A stretch of DNA of 64,000 nucleotides, taken from the IMG/VR virus record IMGVR_UViG_3300033145_003233, positions 434,001 to 498,000 of that record. The stretch is one strand, 5' to 3'. Under the pieces are notes generated by a model that had not been told where the DNA came from, ran no database searches, and saw only the letters and a list, made by a program, of their open reading frames with translations. Position numbers and translations under genes: made by a program. Positions within the stretch are counted from its first letter, which is position 1, and each line of letters starts with the position of its first letter. Shown one piece after another: positions 39,401 to 48,486 of this stretch.

Positions 39401-40494
39401 GACGGACTATCTATAATTTGTAAAGCATTCCATATATCATCAGACACATGAATTTGAAAATCCTCATATGGCTCTTTGGGAGCTATTACAACATCTTTAT
39501 TAGCTACAATGTAATTATCCAAAACCGTTTTTTGAGTAGCAACAAACACCTTATTTATATTAAACCTAGGATCTCCAGCATCCTCATAATTTTTATCTGG
39601 AGAAGTATAAGCATGTAACGCCATACCATTATTTAATAATGTTACAGAATTATGGAATATTTTACAAATCTTATCTGCATCCCCACCCAAACTAACAGAT
39701 GCTGTACTACCTTCAGCACAACGCATCGGCAAACCAACAGATGGAACCGATATTCCAATATCTATCTCTTCTGGAGCAACTGGGGCCTCAATACAATCCC
39801 CAGGTATACTCCATGCACCAGGGACCACATATGCTGGATCGGCTGGATTACACCTAGGGTCAATCGCCGCATGCATAGCTAGAGTTTGAGGTAAAACATT
39901 AAGATACAAATTAGTAAATTTTTTATTAGTATAATTATCTTCTTCGGAATATAAGTAAACAGGCATTTGCCTTACTGCACTTAGCTCATTACTGCCTACG
40001 ACATCTCTACCTTTAAAATTAATTGACCCTGTACCATTTTTATTAATAATAATTCTAAATAATTTGTCATTTATAGAAATAGTACTCTTACTATTTGGCT
40101 TACCCACGATATGAATAGAACATAATCCATCCATCCCAATAAAAGATGGAGTTATAGAAATTTTCTCACTAAATTCACTCGCCTCATCCTTTATGCTAAA
40201 AATGGAAGGACAAATTTGAGCAGTTTTGTAAGAACCATCTGATTGCTTTTCTTCTATATGGGCAAAAATAGAAATAGCAGCTTGAGACGAATGTTCTGGA
40301 ATATTAAGATTCATTACCCCCATACAGGATTTGTTATCCATACGCTGAAATGATCCAATATCAACCTTAACCCCATGCGTAGCATTTTCCATATTAATGC
40401 GAAATTGTTTTGCCCCAATTTCAGAAATCTCAAATTTCAAAGATTTAGCATCTTCTAATATTCCAGATGGAGGATATAATATAAGATTAGCCAT
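36499..40494 (-). CDS. Large structural protein with dispersed propeller blades and a C-terminal HFR-like domain
   Basis: LHIVWESNRG, LHLSWQSNRD and MITWHDDRDGNYNIY blades; FDAASIADRII...YDTGFIS module; YNFSIEFYHD. The start overlaps the glycosyltransferase stop by 8 nt. Confidence 0.55.
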   Translation of the reverse strand: MANLILYPPSGILEDAKSLKFEISEIGAKQFRINMENATHGVKVDIGSFQRMDNKSCMGVMNLNIPEHSSQAAISIFAHIEEKQSDGSYKTAQICPSIFSIKDEASEFSEKISITPSFIGMDGLCSIHIVGKPNSKSTISINDKLFRIIINKNGTGSINFKGRDVVGSNELSAVRQMPVYLYSEEDNYTNKKFTNLYLNVLPQTLAMHAAIDPRCNPADPAYVVPGAWSIPGDCIEAPVAPEEIDIGISVPSVGLPMRCAEGSTASVSLGGDADKICKIFHNSVTLLNNGMALHAYTSPDKNYEDAGDPRFNINKVFVATQKTVLDNYIVANKDVVIAPKEPYEDFQIHVSDDIWNALQIIDSPSVSDIYVVLFNAMIGFQRIKIVERTTDEYTGVRTLTGEVGNTNVKISNWLFCVNAVFYRSSIYPSLYLDGITIPYIRDGSGNYLQTINISVASNSKYVGLEEETYVYLIAEAVAETKSQLFFYSFSAGRTSLFDSENYGWEQLTDTGNNKNPRAYTDSINNLHIVWESNRGDICQIYYGVIGPSSPSLVSSSVSSYVDKYAEFSSTDTKSFSSIDIPSMERVVGSGSNPIPEYETSDLVPVAWAIEEDTIGSVTERSSSGDLNDLLITVNPVDEEAMAFLPLEIVTSVDNPSVLGVFPYSQFNYQMSFKLAATVNQSNSIVSDDDYNGIIIEEKEIDKLFDSWKDGFTVSIDENVDNQPVYVKNNNKFVIGKSDNIFDRIIPIIGSYKDTPDPSTERFRIEILKSDNNLKDFSLGLLFEKSYFRATNIETPSAYYDRGYGDPYTPEETEVIFTGRAKLVVLIKTEDISDERSDYIIVREFPEILEINELSSYTIILNYKSIGSDEVANVLDTYDRTYNNKFIGTITLLIDDAPKFSQSFISTLSDDYNYFDLGFGVPYGGYYVADKMSPSKFGVFENVSMNLEINDVRITSPTFAHNSAIINLPVSVQDSTELRVIDESSINLPDNTTRYNPSNNLLSLNFRAEEDIVSYASSYDLAGNNFYSVYDVEDIDKISVEFDAASIADRIIIAAGSTVLYDTGFISTPVVSQGFNFDVDIISYDIISVTVESGGDDSSWSFIVYFKKIYSNNGFLQVPITIEGINQSVDVSGGTCNDLHLSWQSNRDRYWNIFYTNSVDKLSPFRYDTKITNTESNSLRPSVSVNRNGSRMITWHDDRDGNYNIYAARSLSGYSCDEDKCERKMLDAFKDYIVECLVSFEFEVDLSGAYNFSIEFYHDSSLTNLYKTISIEGAENRWFLNGDSMSLSYDADDNLLGVVLNNGDTVSISYRPHKDDEIFDMVLYAKLLYSVT

Positions 40495-41587
40495 ATAACT
40501 CTTTCACCATCCCCATAAACATATTGCTAATTTTTGAATAATTAAATCTTTCCCTCACATAAGAATATGCTCTATCAGTTTTAATTTTTATATAATCTTT
40601 GTGATTAATTACATATCTCATAGCTTTTTGTATTTTGTTTACCTCTATAAATGCCCATTTTTTATTTCTAAATTGTGGAATATTATCCATGTTATTATGA
40701 AGAATAAATCCGCTTGGCTCAATTAGAACGGCTGTATCTTCGTTAGCATAATCTTTACACCCAGCATAATTTGTTATAATAACAGGAATCCCCAATGCCA
40801 TACATTGAAGACCAGGATACCCGAATCCTTCTCCCATAGTAGGAGAGATCAAACAATCTACAGATTTTATAAAATTTGGCAAAACCTTTTCATTAAACAC
40901 TTTATTTTCAAAAATTATAGGGGCAAATCCTTTGTTTATTCCCAATTGACCCCTAAGCTTATTAAAATATTGCTCTGCCTTTTTAGGCTTGTCAGTTTTT
41001 ACTAATAATTGGACTCCATCAGTATCTTTAAATTCCCTACCCCATGCTTCCAACAATTGTTTATATCCCTTTCTTTCTTTCCAAATACCTATGAATAAAA
41101 AAGTATATTTATCAAAATTATCTAAAGGAACGATATCTCTATGATAAGTTTCAATATCTATACAATGTGGGATATAATAAAGCGGCTTTTTAATCGTCAT
41201 ATGTGAGAAAATCTTATAATTAAATTGAGAAGGAACTATGATAGCATCGTTTTCATTAAGGATATCCACCCAATGATCGGGAGGCTGAAATGTTTCAAAA
41301 GTAGCAAAACCTATACTTCTATGATGTTTCTTTTTTACCCTTTTTTGGATATTTGGGATACAATGATATATTAAAATTCTTTCAGGATTATCCTTCTTTT
41401 TTGCCATCCTCATAAAAAATTCATATTTTTCATCACTAATAGCTGGTTTAGATGGCCTACCCCCAAAAGTAGTAATTTTGATATCAAAATAACCAGTTTT
41501 TTCTAAAGAAAAAATATAATTTTGAGCTGCTTGGGAATAACCTGACTGATTTAGGAAACATATCCAATTAAGCTTGATTTTTTCCAT
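40487..41587 (-). CDS. Glycosyltransferase, GT-B fold, family 4-like
   Basis: SGYSQAA N-terminal loop, TFETFQPP.HW...DAIIVPSQFN, YYIPHCID, FLFIGIWKERKGY, SPTMGEGFGYPGLQCMALGIPVI. Confidence 0.9.
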   Translation of the reverse strand: MEKIKLNWICFLNQSGYSQAAQNYIFSLEKTGYFDIKITTFGGRPSKPAISDEKYEFFMRMAKKKDNPERILIYHCIPNIQKRVKKKHHRSIGFATFETFQPPDHWVDILNENDAIIVPSQFNYKIFSHMTIKKPLYYIPHCIDIETYHRDIVPLDNFDKYTFLFIGIWKERKGYKQLLEAWGREFKDTDGVQLLVKTDKPKKAEQYFNKLRGQLGINKGFAPIIFENKVFNEKVLPNFIKSVDCLISPTMGEGFGYPGLQCMALGIPVIITNYAGCKDYANEDTAVLIEPSGFILHNNMDNIPQFRNKKWAFIEVNKIQKAMRYVINHKDYIKIKTDRAYSYVRERFNYSKISNMFMGMVKELYG

Positions 41588-41613
41588 TTTCTTTCTTCTA
41601 ATAAATACATCTC

Positions 41614-44600
41614 TTATACGCTTACTATTAAACTATCGTCATTTAGCACCTTTGTATCATTAATTATATTAAATGTTCCGCTTCCATAATTCCAAGTTAT
41701 ATTCCCATAGCTATCTAATCTTATAAGGCGACCAGAAGCATCTGCGAAACTTGATTCTGAAATAATCATATCTCCATTACTATATCCGTCCACATCAGAA
41801 GGATACAGCCCATCAGGAGAAACATATAATACTTGTGTTTTATTATTAATTTTATCCAAAATAACCACTTTACCAATATAATTCTTTAAAGCATCAATAG
41901 CAGATGCCCTAAATAAAACTCCAGCAGGAGCACTAGCTGCTCCTCCATACTCACCAATCAGATCAGAACCACTAATACCAGTTAAAGTAGAAGTAGATTG
42001 TTCTATCCCAGAGATTATAAATCTACCATCTTCATATTCATAGATACCACCTAATGAATAATCTGAAAATTTAATATCACTAGACGAAATCTTGCTGTCT
42101 GTGTCCGCTGAATCAGTTGGATCAATTTCTATAACATCAGGAACATTAGCAGTTTCGCTATTGCTATCAACTACATAATGAACAGAAGAATTAGCAATAA
42201 TCCAATTATCCTCACTAGTCTCATTAATAAAAATAGGATGACTTATATTATCTATATAAGTGAAATCTCCAATAAAGCATGTTATCCCTCTTAAAGCACT
42301 AAAAATACTATTTCCTATAGTAGTCATGCCCGCGCTTATCGTAATATCTTCTGTAAATGCTCCGGCATCAAAATTAACTGACAAATCACTTGTAATCCCC
42401 ACAAGTCTCACTGAAGTATCATCATCTAGTTGAATTTCTAATACTTTATTTCCCGCCTTATTGCTATTAATAACCGTGTCATCCACTGTAAGAGAAAGTT
42501 TAGAAGAACCGATATAAAAAGCTATTTTAGTAATATCAGATACTACTGCTGATTTTGTAAAAACTAATGCCAGAACTTTTGTAACATTATTATATACAGC
42601 AGAGAGAGGATAAAAAGTACTATCGGTAGAATAGGTAGAACCAAAACCCCTTACTAAATTACCGATACTATCTACTTCCAATACCCTATTATTATTTGTG
42701 TCAGCCACTAAAAAATTATTATTAAACTTTCTTATAACTGAAGAAACTCTAGAAAAACCACGACTAGAATAAGCAGACCACTCCCTTGCTTGATTGGGAG
42801 AAACTGGCATTAAATTACCACTAAATCCATAAACACCTATATTATTATCATTCATCTCACTGACAGAGCCACCTTTGGCGAAATATCTTCCCCCAACATT
42901 AATAGGTGTTGAAATAGTTAAATGAGATTTTCCAGCCTCAACAGAATCCTCAACGCTAATATTGCTAGGAGTTCCCCTATCCCATTCTACTTCTGTATCA
43001 ATAACAAATCCTGTGAAGTCAGCACTAACCAGTATTCTTAGTTCTAAACTATTCAATGTAGGAGATAAAGCTCTACCATCATCACTAGTCATAACTATTT
43101 CTATTTCTGTATTAGTTCCAGTAGAAGCTATAACCCCACCAGAACTAAGAGGAAATGAATATGCCGACCTTGATAACAAGTCAGAAGAACTAGCCGTTTT
43201 AACCCTTACTGATAAAGAAGTTCCATCAGGCACATCAGCATTATAAAAAATAGAATGAAAAACAACACTTGCCTCTGTGCTATATCTAAATCTAATTGTT
43301 CCGCTTTCAGCAAGTAAATTAGTTTTTCTAACTTCTATATCGTCAATATCAAAAATAAAATCATCATCAGTATAAATCGCAATCTGGGTAACTTCAGTTA
43401 ACCCTAAATTAGAAATATCAAAAGACTTTTCTTCAAATGATGACATGCTTTCATCTTGTGCTAATAAAGTCCAAGAAGTGCTAGGTTTTTTTGTTCCCTC
43501 TATATCTCCAACTTCGATACTACCAAACTGACCATCACTATTAACATTAGAACCATTCACAACATACATATAAACAGGTCTATGTATCTCTTCGCTTGTC
43601 TTTACTTTAATAACTAATTCATCATATGTTCCATCCCAATTTTTTGCTTCTGTAAGATTTTTTCTATAAAAATAATTAAAAGTAGCTCCCCCGCCTAATC
43701 TACCTATCCTATTCCCCTCTTCTACCGTTACTGCTGCCTGAGTACTGTCATCTATGATAAGAGTCTCAGGAGTAAATCCTATAATATTATCGCTAAAATC
43801 TGCTATAGACTCTGTTATTTCAGAAGATCTATCTAAACTAACTGAATCATTCTCTATCAAAACATTATTAGTGAGATTAGCAGTATTAAATGAATATGTA
43901 TTATTCCAGTATACTGATGTAAAGATACCAGATTGAGCAGGCACTCCGCTTATACACTGATCGGGCAAACTAATATTAGCAGTACTAGCAGCAAAATCTA
44001 TAAAACTGTCAGGAGATACCCCAGGAATTAAAGCCAGCTCATTAATAAAATATTGATCTACATTAGCATAATTATATTTCCAGAATATGATCGACCTTAA
44101 TAAATTAACACTAGTAATCTCCCCTAGTAACTCTTTGTTATTTTGAGACATAGTTCTAACAAAAGAATCTAAAGCTGCATGTGTTAATAACCCATTATTC
44201 TCTAAATTATTATGATCTATTAATGGAATTCTATCTATATCAAATTGCCCAGTTACCACCTTAGAAGCATCTATCCCCTCTATCCTGGCCCCAGGTAATT
44301 GATTCTTAACTTCTTCCTCTAAATCTATCTTAGAAGGAGTTCCCCTATGTTGATGAGAATTAATCGCATCATCAATAATTTGTTCAAACCCTATCAAATC
44401 TCTTACAGTATTATCTATATATAGAATATCGCTAGCTCCTGTTGAAACTCTCGCTAGCCTAATGGAGTCGTTGCCAGATAATGTTATTGTAGAATAAATA
44501 AAATTAATAATTCTATCTAAGGAAGTTGTTCCTGATAAAGTAGCATAAATATCAATAATACTATTAGGTGGCAACCCATAAACAGAACCAGGCAAGGCTG

Positions 44601-44850
44601 TTTCAGATGCCATATAATTAATAACGCCGATTCCCTCAGCAATAGATATGGAAATTCCAAGACCCTCTTGAAAACCAGCATCACGAACTGTCCATCCCTC
44701 TATTACTCCATTCCCAAATACACTATAAAGACCATATAACTGTTTATCTATTACAACAAACCTATCTATCTCTTTTTGAACATTTATCCTAGTATCTAGT
44801 CTGTCCCCAAAATCAAAAAAAGCTAAATTATAATATCTAGTTTGTCCCAT
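41614..44850 (-). CDS. Tail fibre-like protein: anchor-like N-terminal domain, HxH and fibre repeat, jelly-roll domains, NHL-like propeller
   Basis: YYNLAFFDFG...RFVVIDKQL...GNGVIEGW; HQH...KIDL; IDASKVVTGQFDIDRIP (phage fibre ASKITSGxLxxARIP-like); FLVADTNNNRVLEV. GGGAG SD. Confidence 0.68.
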   Translation of the reverse strand: MGQTRYYNLAFFDFGDRLDTRINVQKEIDRFVVIDKQLYGLYSVFGNGVIEGWTVRDAGFQEGLGISISIAEGIGVINYMASETALPGSVYGLPPNSIIDIYATLSGTTSLDRIINFIYSTITLSGNDSIRLARVSTGASDILYIDNTVRDLIGFEQIIDDAINSHQHRGTPSKIDLEEEVKNQLPGARIEGIDASKVVTGQFDIDRIPLIDHNNLENNGLLTHAALDSFVRTMSQNNKELLGEITSVNLLRSIIFWKYNYANVDQYFINELALIPGVSPDSFIDFAASTANISLPDQCISGVPAQSGIFTSVYWNNTYSFNTANLTNNVLIENDSVSLDRSSEITESIADFSDNIIGFTPETLIIDDSTQAAVTVEEGNRIGRLGGGATFNYFYRKNLTEAKNWDGTYDELVIKVKTSEEIHRPVYMYVVNGSNVNSDGQFGSIEVGDIEGTKKPSTSWTLLAQDESMSSFEEKSFDISNLGLTEVTQIAIYTDDDFIFDIDDIEVRKTNLLAESGTIRFRYSTEASVVFHSIFYNADVPDGTSLSVRVKTASSSDLLSRSAYSFPLSSGGVIASTGTNTEIEIVMTSDDGRALSPTLNSLELRILVSADFTGFVIDTEVEWDRGTPSNISVEDSVEAGKSHLTISTPINVGGRYFAKGGSVSEMNDNNIGVYGFSGNLMPVSPNQAREWSAYSSRGFSRVSSVIRKFNNNFLVADTNNNRVLEVDSIGNLVRGFGSTYSTDSTFYPLSAVYNNVTKVLALVFTKSAVVSDITKIAFYIGSSKLSLTVDDTVINSNKAGNKVLEIQLDDDTSVRLVGITSDLSVNFDAGAFTEDITISAGMTTIGNSIFSALRGITCFIGDFTYIDNISHPIFINETSEDNWIIANSSVHYVVDSNSETANVPDVIEIDPTDSADTDSKISSSDIKFSDYSLGGIYEYEDGRFIISGIEQSTSTLTGISGSDLIGEYGGAASAPAGVLFRASAIDALKNYIGKVVILDKINNKTQVLYVSPDGLYPSDVDGYSNGDMIISESSFADASGRLIRLDSYGNITWNYGSGTFNIINDTKVLNDDSLIVSV

Positions 44851-44861
44851 TGTTAACTCCC

Positions 44862-45095
44862 TTATGCACCAACAACAGGAGAAGTCGTAGTAAATCCTAC
44901 TATGGCGAAATTACCCTCTCCTGTCAAATTTAGCATTTGTCTTGCTCCGAAATCTAGCATCCCGCCTCTTCTATATTTTGTATCTCTATGAGAGGGGGTT
45001 CCCAAACGATTTATTTCCTGATTAATATAATCTCTATTAACATTAAACATTTTTCTAACTGTATTATCTAAATCGTCATTATATGTTTGTCTCAT
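44862..45095 (-). CDS. Small hypothetical virion protein (77 aa)
   Basis: Strong GAGGAG SD; fills the gap between the hub-like and fibre-like genes. Confidence 0.6.
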   Translation of the reverse strand: MRQTYNDDLDNTVRKMFNVNRDYINQEINRLGTPSHRDTKYRRGGMLDFGARQMLNLTGEGNFAIVGFTTTSPVVGA

Positions 45096-45116
45096 AAAAA
45101 ACTCCTCTCAAATCGT

Positions 45117-48100
45117 TTAAAGAACAGTAGTAGCTGCCTGAATAGGCTGATATCTCATACATTCTACATTCATCCACCATTCATTTTTTTCAGCATTAAT
45201 GCTATGAGTTACTTTTACCACCCTACAATCTTCATTATTAATTCTTATAATATCATTGGCCCTTAAAGGCAGACCATACGTTTCAAATTTTATATTTACT
45301 TTAGGTCTAAATGCAACCGAATATTTTCTTACTGTAGCGTTAACTGCCTCAATAGAACCAAACATCCCTTCTTGTTGGTACATCGTTTTTAAATAACCTA
45401 GAAAACCTTCTGTCTCTGGATTTTCCATGGCGCTCCAATTTAATTCATCCCTAATTAACAAATGCATATCCGGAGTATTGCTCATTATCTTAATATGATT
45501 ATATACACCAGAAACTTCATAGTTCCTCTCTACTTTATTAAAAACTAATTGTCCTGGATATTTTTCAGGATTAATAGTAAAATAGTACAAAGGAGCTAAA
45601 GGAACAAGACCTAGATAATCTTGTTCTATAATATCTTGGAAATCTTCATAATGAGCTATGCCAAATTGATCAAAAAAGAATACCTTAGCTGCTCTCTTAG
45701 CTATTTTAGATATCGCGTCCATATAGACATCGCCATCATCGAACTTAAAACTTGGCTGTTCTAATCTGTTATATCCGCTAGGAAGAGCATAAGGTTCCAT
45801 TTTAAATAATCTACCATCGAAGTGATGATAAAACACACCTGGACTCAAAGCATTGGCAGATGCGGATAAATTTCTTATCAAAGAACCTGGATCATATTTA
45901 TTTTCATCTCGGAAACCAGCTATTTGCATAATTTCATAAATAGCATTAATGTCCTTAACACCGTCAAACCACGGAGAGTTAAAAAACCTCGTTCCTTTCA
46001 ATACTGCTGTATAATCTTCTATTTTACAACTCATTATATTCTTACCATATTCATAGTCTATTTTTCCACCATGACACAGCCCTGTAAATAATTTATAAAA
46101 CCCAGTGACTCTAGAATATGCACAATTTTGATACCCCACCCATATCTCTACATAAAAAGTCTTATTTTGCAATGCTAATAAAAAATCGGTAACATTATTT
46201 TCTACCGGCATTTCTCTATTAAGATAAAAATGCAAAGTACCCGTATGTTCTATTTCTGAAAAACCACTTGATGACCAAGTATCTCCATAAGTTAAAACAT
46301 GTTCAGTAGCATCTACAAAATAAGGACTTTGAGCAACAAATGGATTAGGAGTTACCCCCTCAGCAGAAGATGTGTTGTCGTCCCATCTAGGAAGAGAACT
46401 GTGATCAGCTATAAGTCTCATAGATGTCAAAACAGGAGTTTTACAATCAGGTAAAAACCATTCGTCATCTGACAAAGTATCCAAAGTATTTTGATCTGTT
46501 CTCTCACTAACAACAGACGGTCTTTCTGCCGCTCCCACCTTAAATATATGATCTCCGGTCATCATGCCTAATATAACATCAAAAGCCTGATGCCTAGTCT
46601 TATCATCATTTCTATATCTGTACTTTCTAACTACAATATTAGAAGTTTTATAAATAGTATCATTACCCCCAACATCTGGAAATTCTTTAAGAGTCTCATC
46701 ATAAAAGAAACCCCCATAACGATAATTAGAATTTATCATGTTATTATTAGATTCATGATATTCTTTATAAAACTGAGAGTCCTGTACAAATAAAGGCTGA
46801 TTTAACAAAGGTTCTCCAACAGGAGCAACATGAGACCCTAAATCTTGCAAATAAATATCTGCTGATGAGAATAATATGTGATGATTACCCTGATACGGTA
46901 AAAAAAATGGCTGGCTGCTAAATGCCCCCTGCGACTCAGAGGAAGATATCGCCTCTGGCCTACCTTCTCTAAATGCCATTTCCATAGACTCATCTGCCAT
47001 CAGAGGACGAGGAGGATATACAAAAGAGATATATCTTTCTTGATACTGCAAAGGCCCAAATACGAAACCTGCCCTTAAATTCCCCCCCCACAAATGCATA
47101 GGGCCTCTAGGAACAAATAAGGTTCTCAATTTCTCTTTCAAAATTGGCTGTCTTGTATTAGGGTCCCAATCATACTCCCAATCCAATCTTTTAACTACCC
47201 ATGGAGGAACATCTATACCAGGACCACTAAATTGTATTACTAACGATCCTAGATGATTTCTAACTGTTATATCAAAATAATCTGCATTTATTAACTTACT
47301 TCCAACTGTTCCCTCAAAAGTAGAAAATTTCTTAGAAACAAATCCATCTTTTCCAGGCACTACATTAACAAATATAGGATTAGCTCTTTCAGTTATAATA
47401 ATAAAATAATGATCAGTTAAACCTGCTCCCAATTCTATAATATAATATCCTTGAGAACTAAAATCAAAACTTTTAAAATCTGGCGTTTGATTACCCACTG
47501 TAGGAGGCCTAACAGCATAATTAGTAGGAAGCTTAAAATCGCTATTATTAACCATTAAAACATCTTGATTAGCTGTTATATCTAAATAACTATATTTATT
47601 ATTATTAAAAGATGGAATATATTTTTCACTAGATTTAATTGTTGTTTTTTTTGCCTGTTTATAAAATCTTATAAAGAAATCCTCTCCCCTATAAAGAAAT
47701 GTCCTTTTCCCTAATCTCCAGTGATTGCCCTCACCTCTATCTCCGTGTACTTTTTTCTGAAGAGGCATCTGAACATGATAAGGCAATATAACAGGCACTT
47801 TCCCTGCTATTAGTCTCCCCTCATCATCTAAACTATTGTCGTATTCTTCATAAGTACTCTTGATATAATCATATGACAAATCAGAATATGTAACCTCGGA
47901 TTCAGAAACAGTTTGATCTAAATATGTCCATTCAGCAGATGTGCATTCATCAATACCTTCTAAGGTTGAATTATCATCGAAAACACTAGGCATTATAAAC
48001 CAGGACTGCTCTGCTTTATATCTTGTTTTATCAGCATTAGGAACAGGAGCAGTAACTCCTCCTCCATTCTGAGTTATCTCTTTAAAATAAGTTTCAAAAT

Positions 48101-48476
48101 TATCCCCAAAAAGAGATGGATCAGTAATCGGGGTATTACCATCCTGAGGTACGTATTTATAAATATAATTATTCCTAAACACATATTTCGGCTTAAAATG
48201 TATCCCATCAGTATTAGGAGTAACTGTTAAAACATTTTTATGACTATCGGGCAACCATGGTTTAATTCGTTCAAAAGTTCTATCATTAAAAACCAAACCA
48301 TCTTCTTTAACAGGAGACCCATAAAACGGACAAGTATTATTAATAAAACATCTCATCTCTACAGAACCAGAATACTGAGCTGGATCTCCGGAGCAAGGAT
48401 CTTTAAGAGGATACCCTCCCCACCTGTCTATAATTTCTAATACATTCTCTCTATATAATGACGGAACATCAGCCAA
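45117..48476 (-). CDS. Putative baseplate hub / tail-tip protein (gp27/Tal-like C-terminal half)
   Basis: VEIWVGY...LFTG...MSCKIEDY...DAISKIAK...FFFDQFG...YNHIKI...LRANDII.IN...VVKVTHSI...WWMNVEC resembles the hub fold pattern. It is the second gene after the tape-measure-like gene. TTG start with AGGAG SD overlapping the upstream TAG. Confidence 0.55.
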   Translation of the reverse strand: MADVPSLYRENVLEIIDRWGGYPLKDPCSGDPAQYSGSVEMRCFINNTCPFYGSPVKEDGLVFNDRTFERIKPWLPDSHKNVLTVTPNTDGIHFKPKYVFRNNYIYKYVPQDGNTPITDPSLFGDNFETYFKEITQNGGGVTAPVPNADKTRYKAEQSWFIMPSVFDDNSTLEGIDECTSAEWTYLDQTVSESEVTYSDLSYDYIKSTYEEYDNSLDDEGRLIAGKVPVILPYHVQMPLQKKVHGDRGEGNHWRLGKRTFLYRGEDFFIRFYKQAKKTTIKSSEKYIPSFNNNKYSYLDITANQDVLMVNNSDFKLPTNYAVRPPTVGNQTPDFKSFDFSSQGYYIIELGAGLTDHYFIIITERANPIFVNVVPGKDGFVSKKFSTFEGTVGSKLINADYFDITVRNHLGSLVIQFSGPGIDVPPWVVKRLDWEYDWDPNTRQPILKEKLRTLFVPRGPMHLWGGNLRAGFVFGPLQYQERYISFVYPPRPLMADESMEMAFREGRPEAISSSESQGAFSSQPFFLPYQGNHHILFSSADIYLQDLGSHVAPVGEPLLNQPLFVQDSQFYKEYHESNNNMINSNYRYGGFFYDETLKEFPDVGGNDTIYKTSNIVVRKYRYRNDDKTRHQAFDVILGMMTGDHIFKVGAAERPSVVSERTDQNTLDTLSDDEWFLPDCKTPVLTSMRLIADHSSLPRWDDNTSSAEGVTPNPFVAQSPYFVDATEHVLTYGDTWSSSGFSEIEHTGTLHFYLNREMPVENNVTDFLLALQNKTFYVEIWVGYQNCAYSRVTGFYKLFTGLCHGGKIDYEYGKNIMSCKIEDYTAVLKGTRFFNSPWFDGVKDINAIYEIMQIAGFRDENKYDPGSLIRNLSASANALSPGVFYHHFDGRLFKMEPYALPSGYNRLEQPSFKFDDGDVYMDAISKIAKRAAKVFFFDQFGIAHYEDFQDIIEQDYLGLVPLAPLYYFTINPEKYPGQLVFNKVERNYEVSGVYNHIKIMSNTPDMHLLIRDELNWSAMENPETEGFLGYLKTMYQQEGMFGSIEAVNATVRKYSVAFRPKVNIKFETYGLPLRANDIIRINNEDCRVVKVTHSINAEKNEWWMNVECMRYQPIQAATTVL

Positions 48477-48486
48477 TGTTCTTCTC

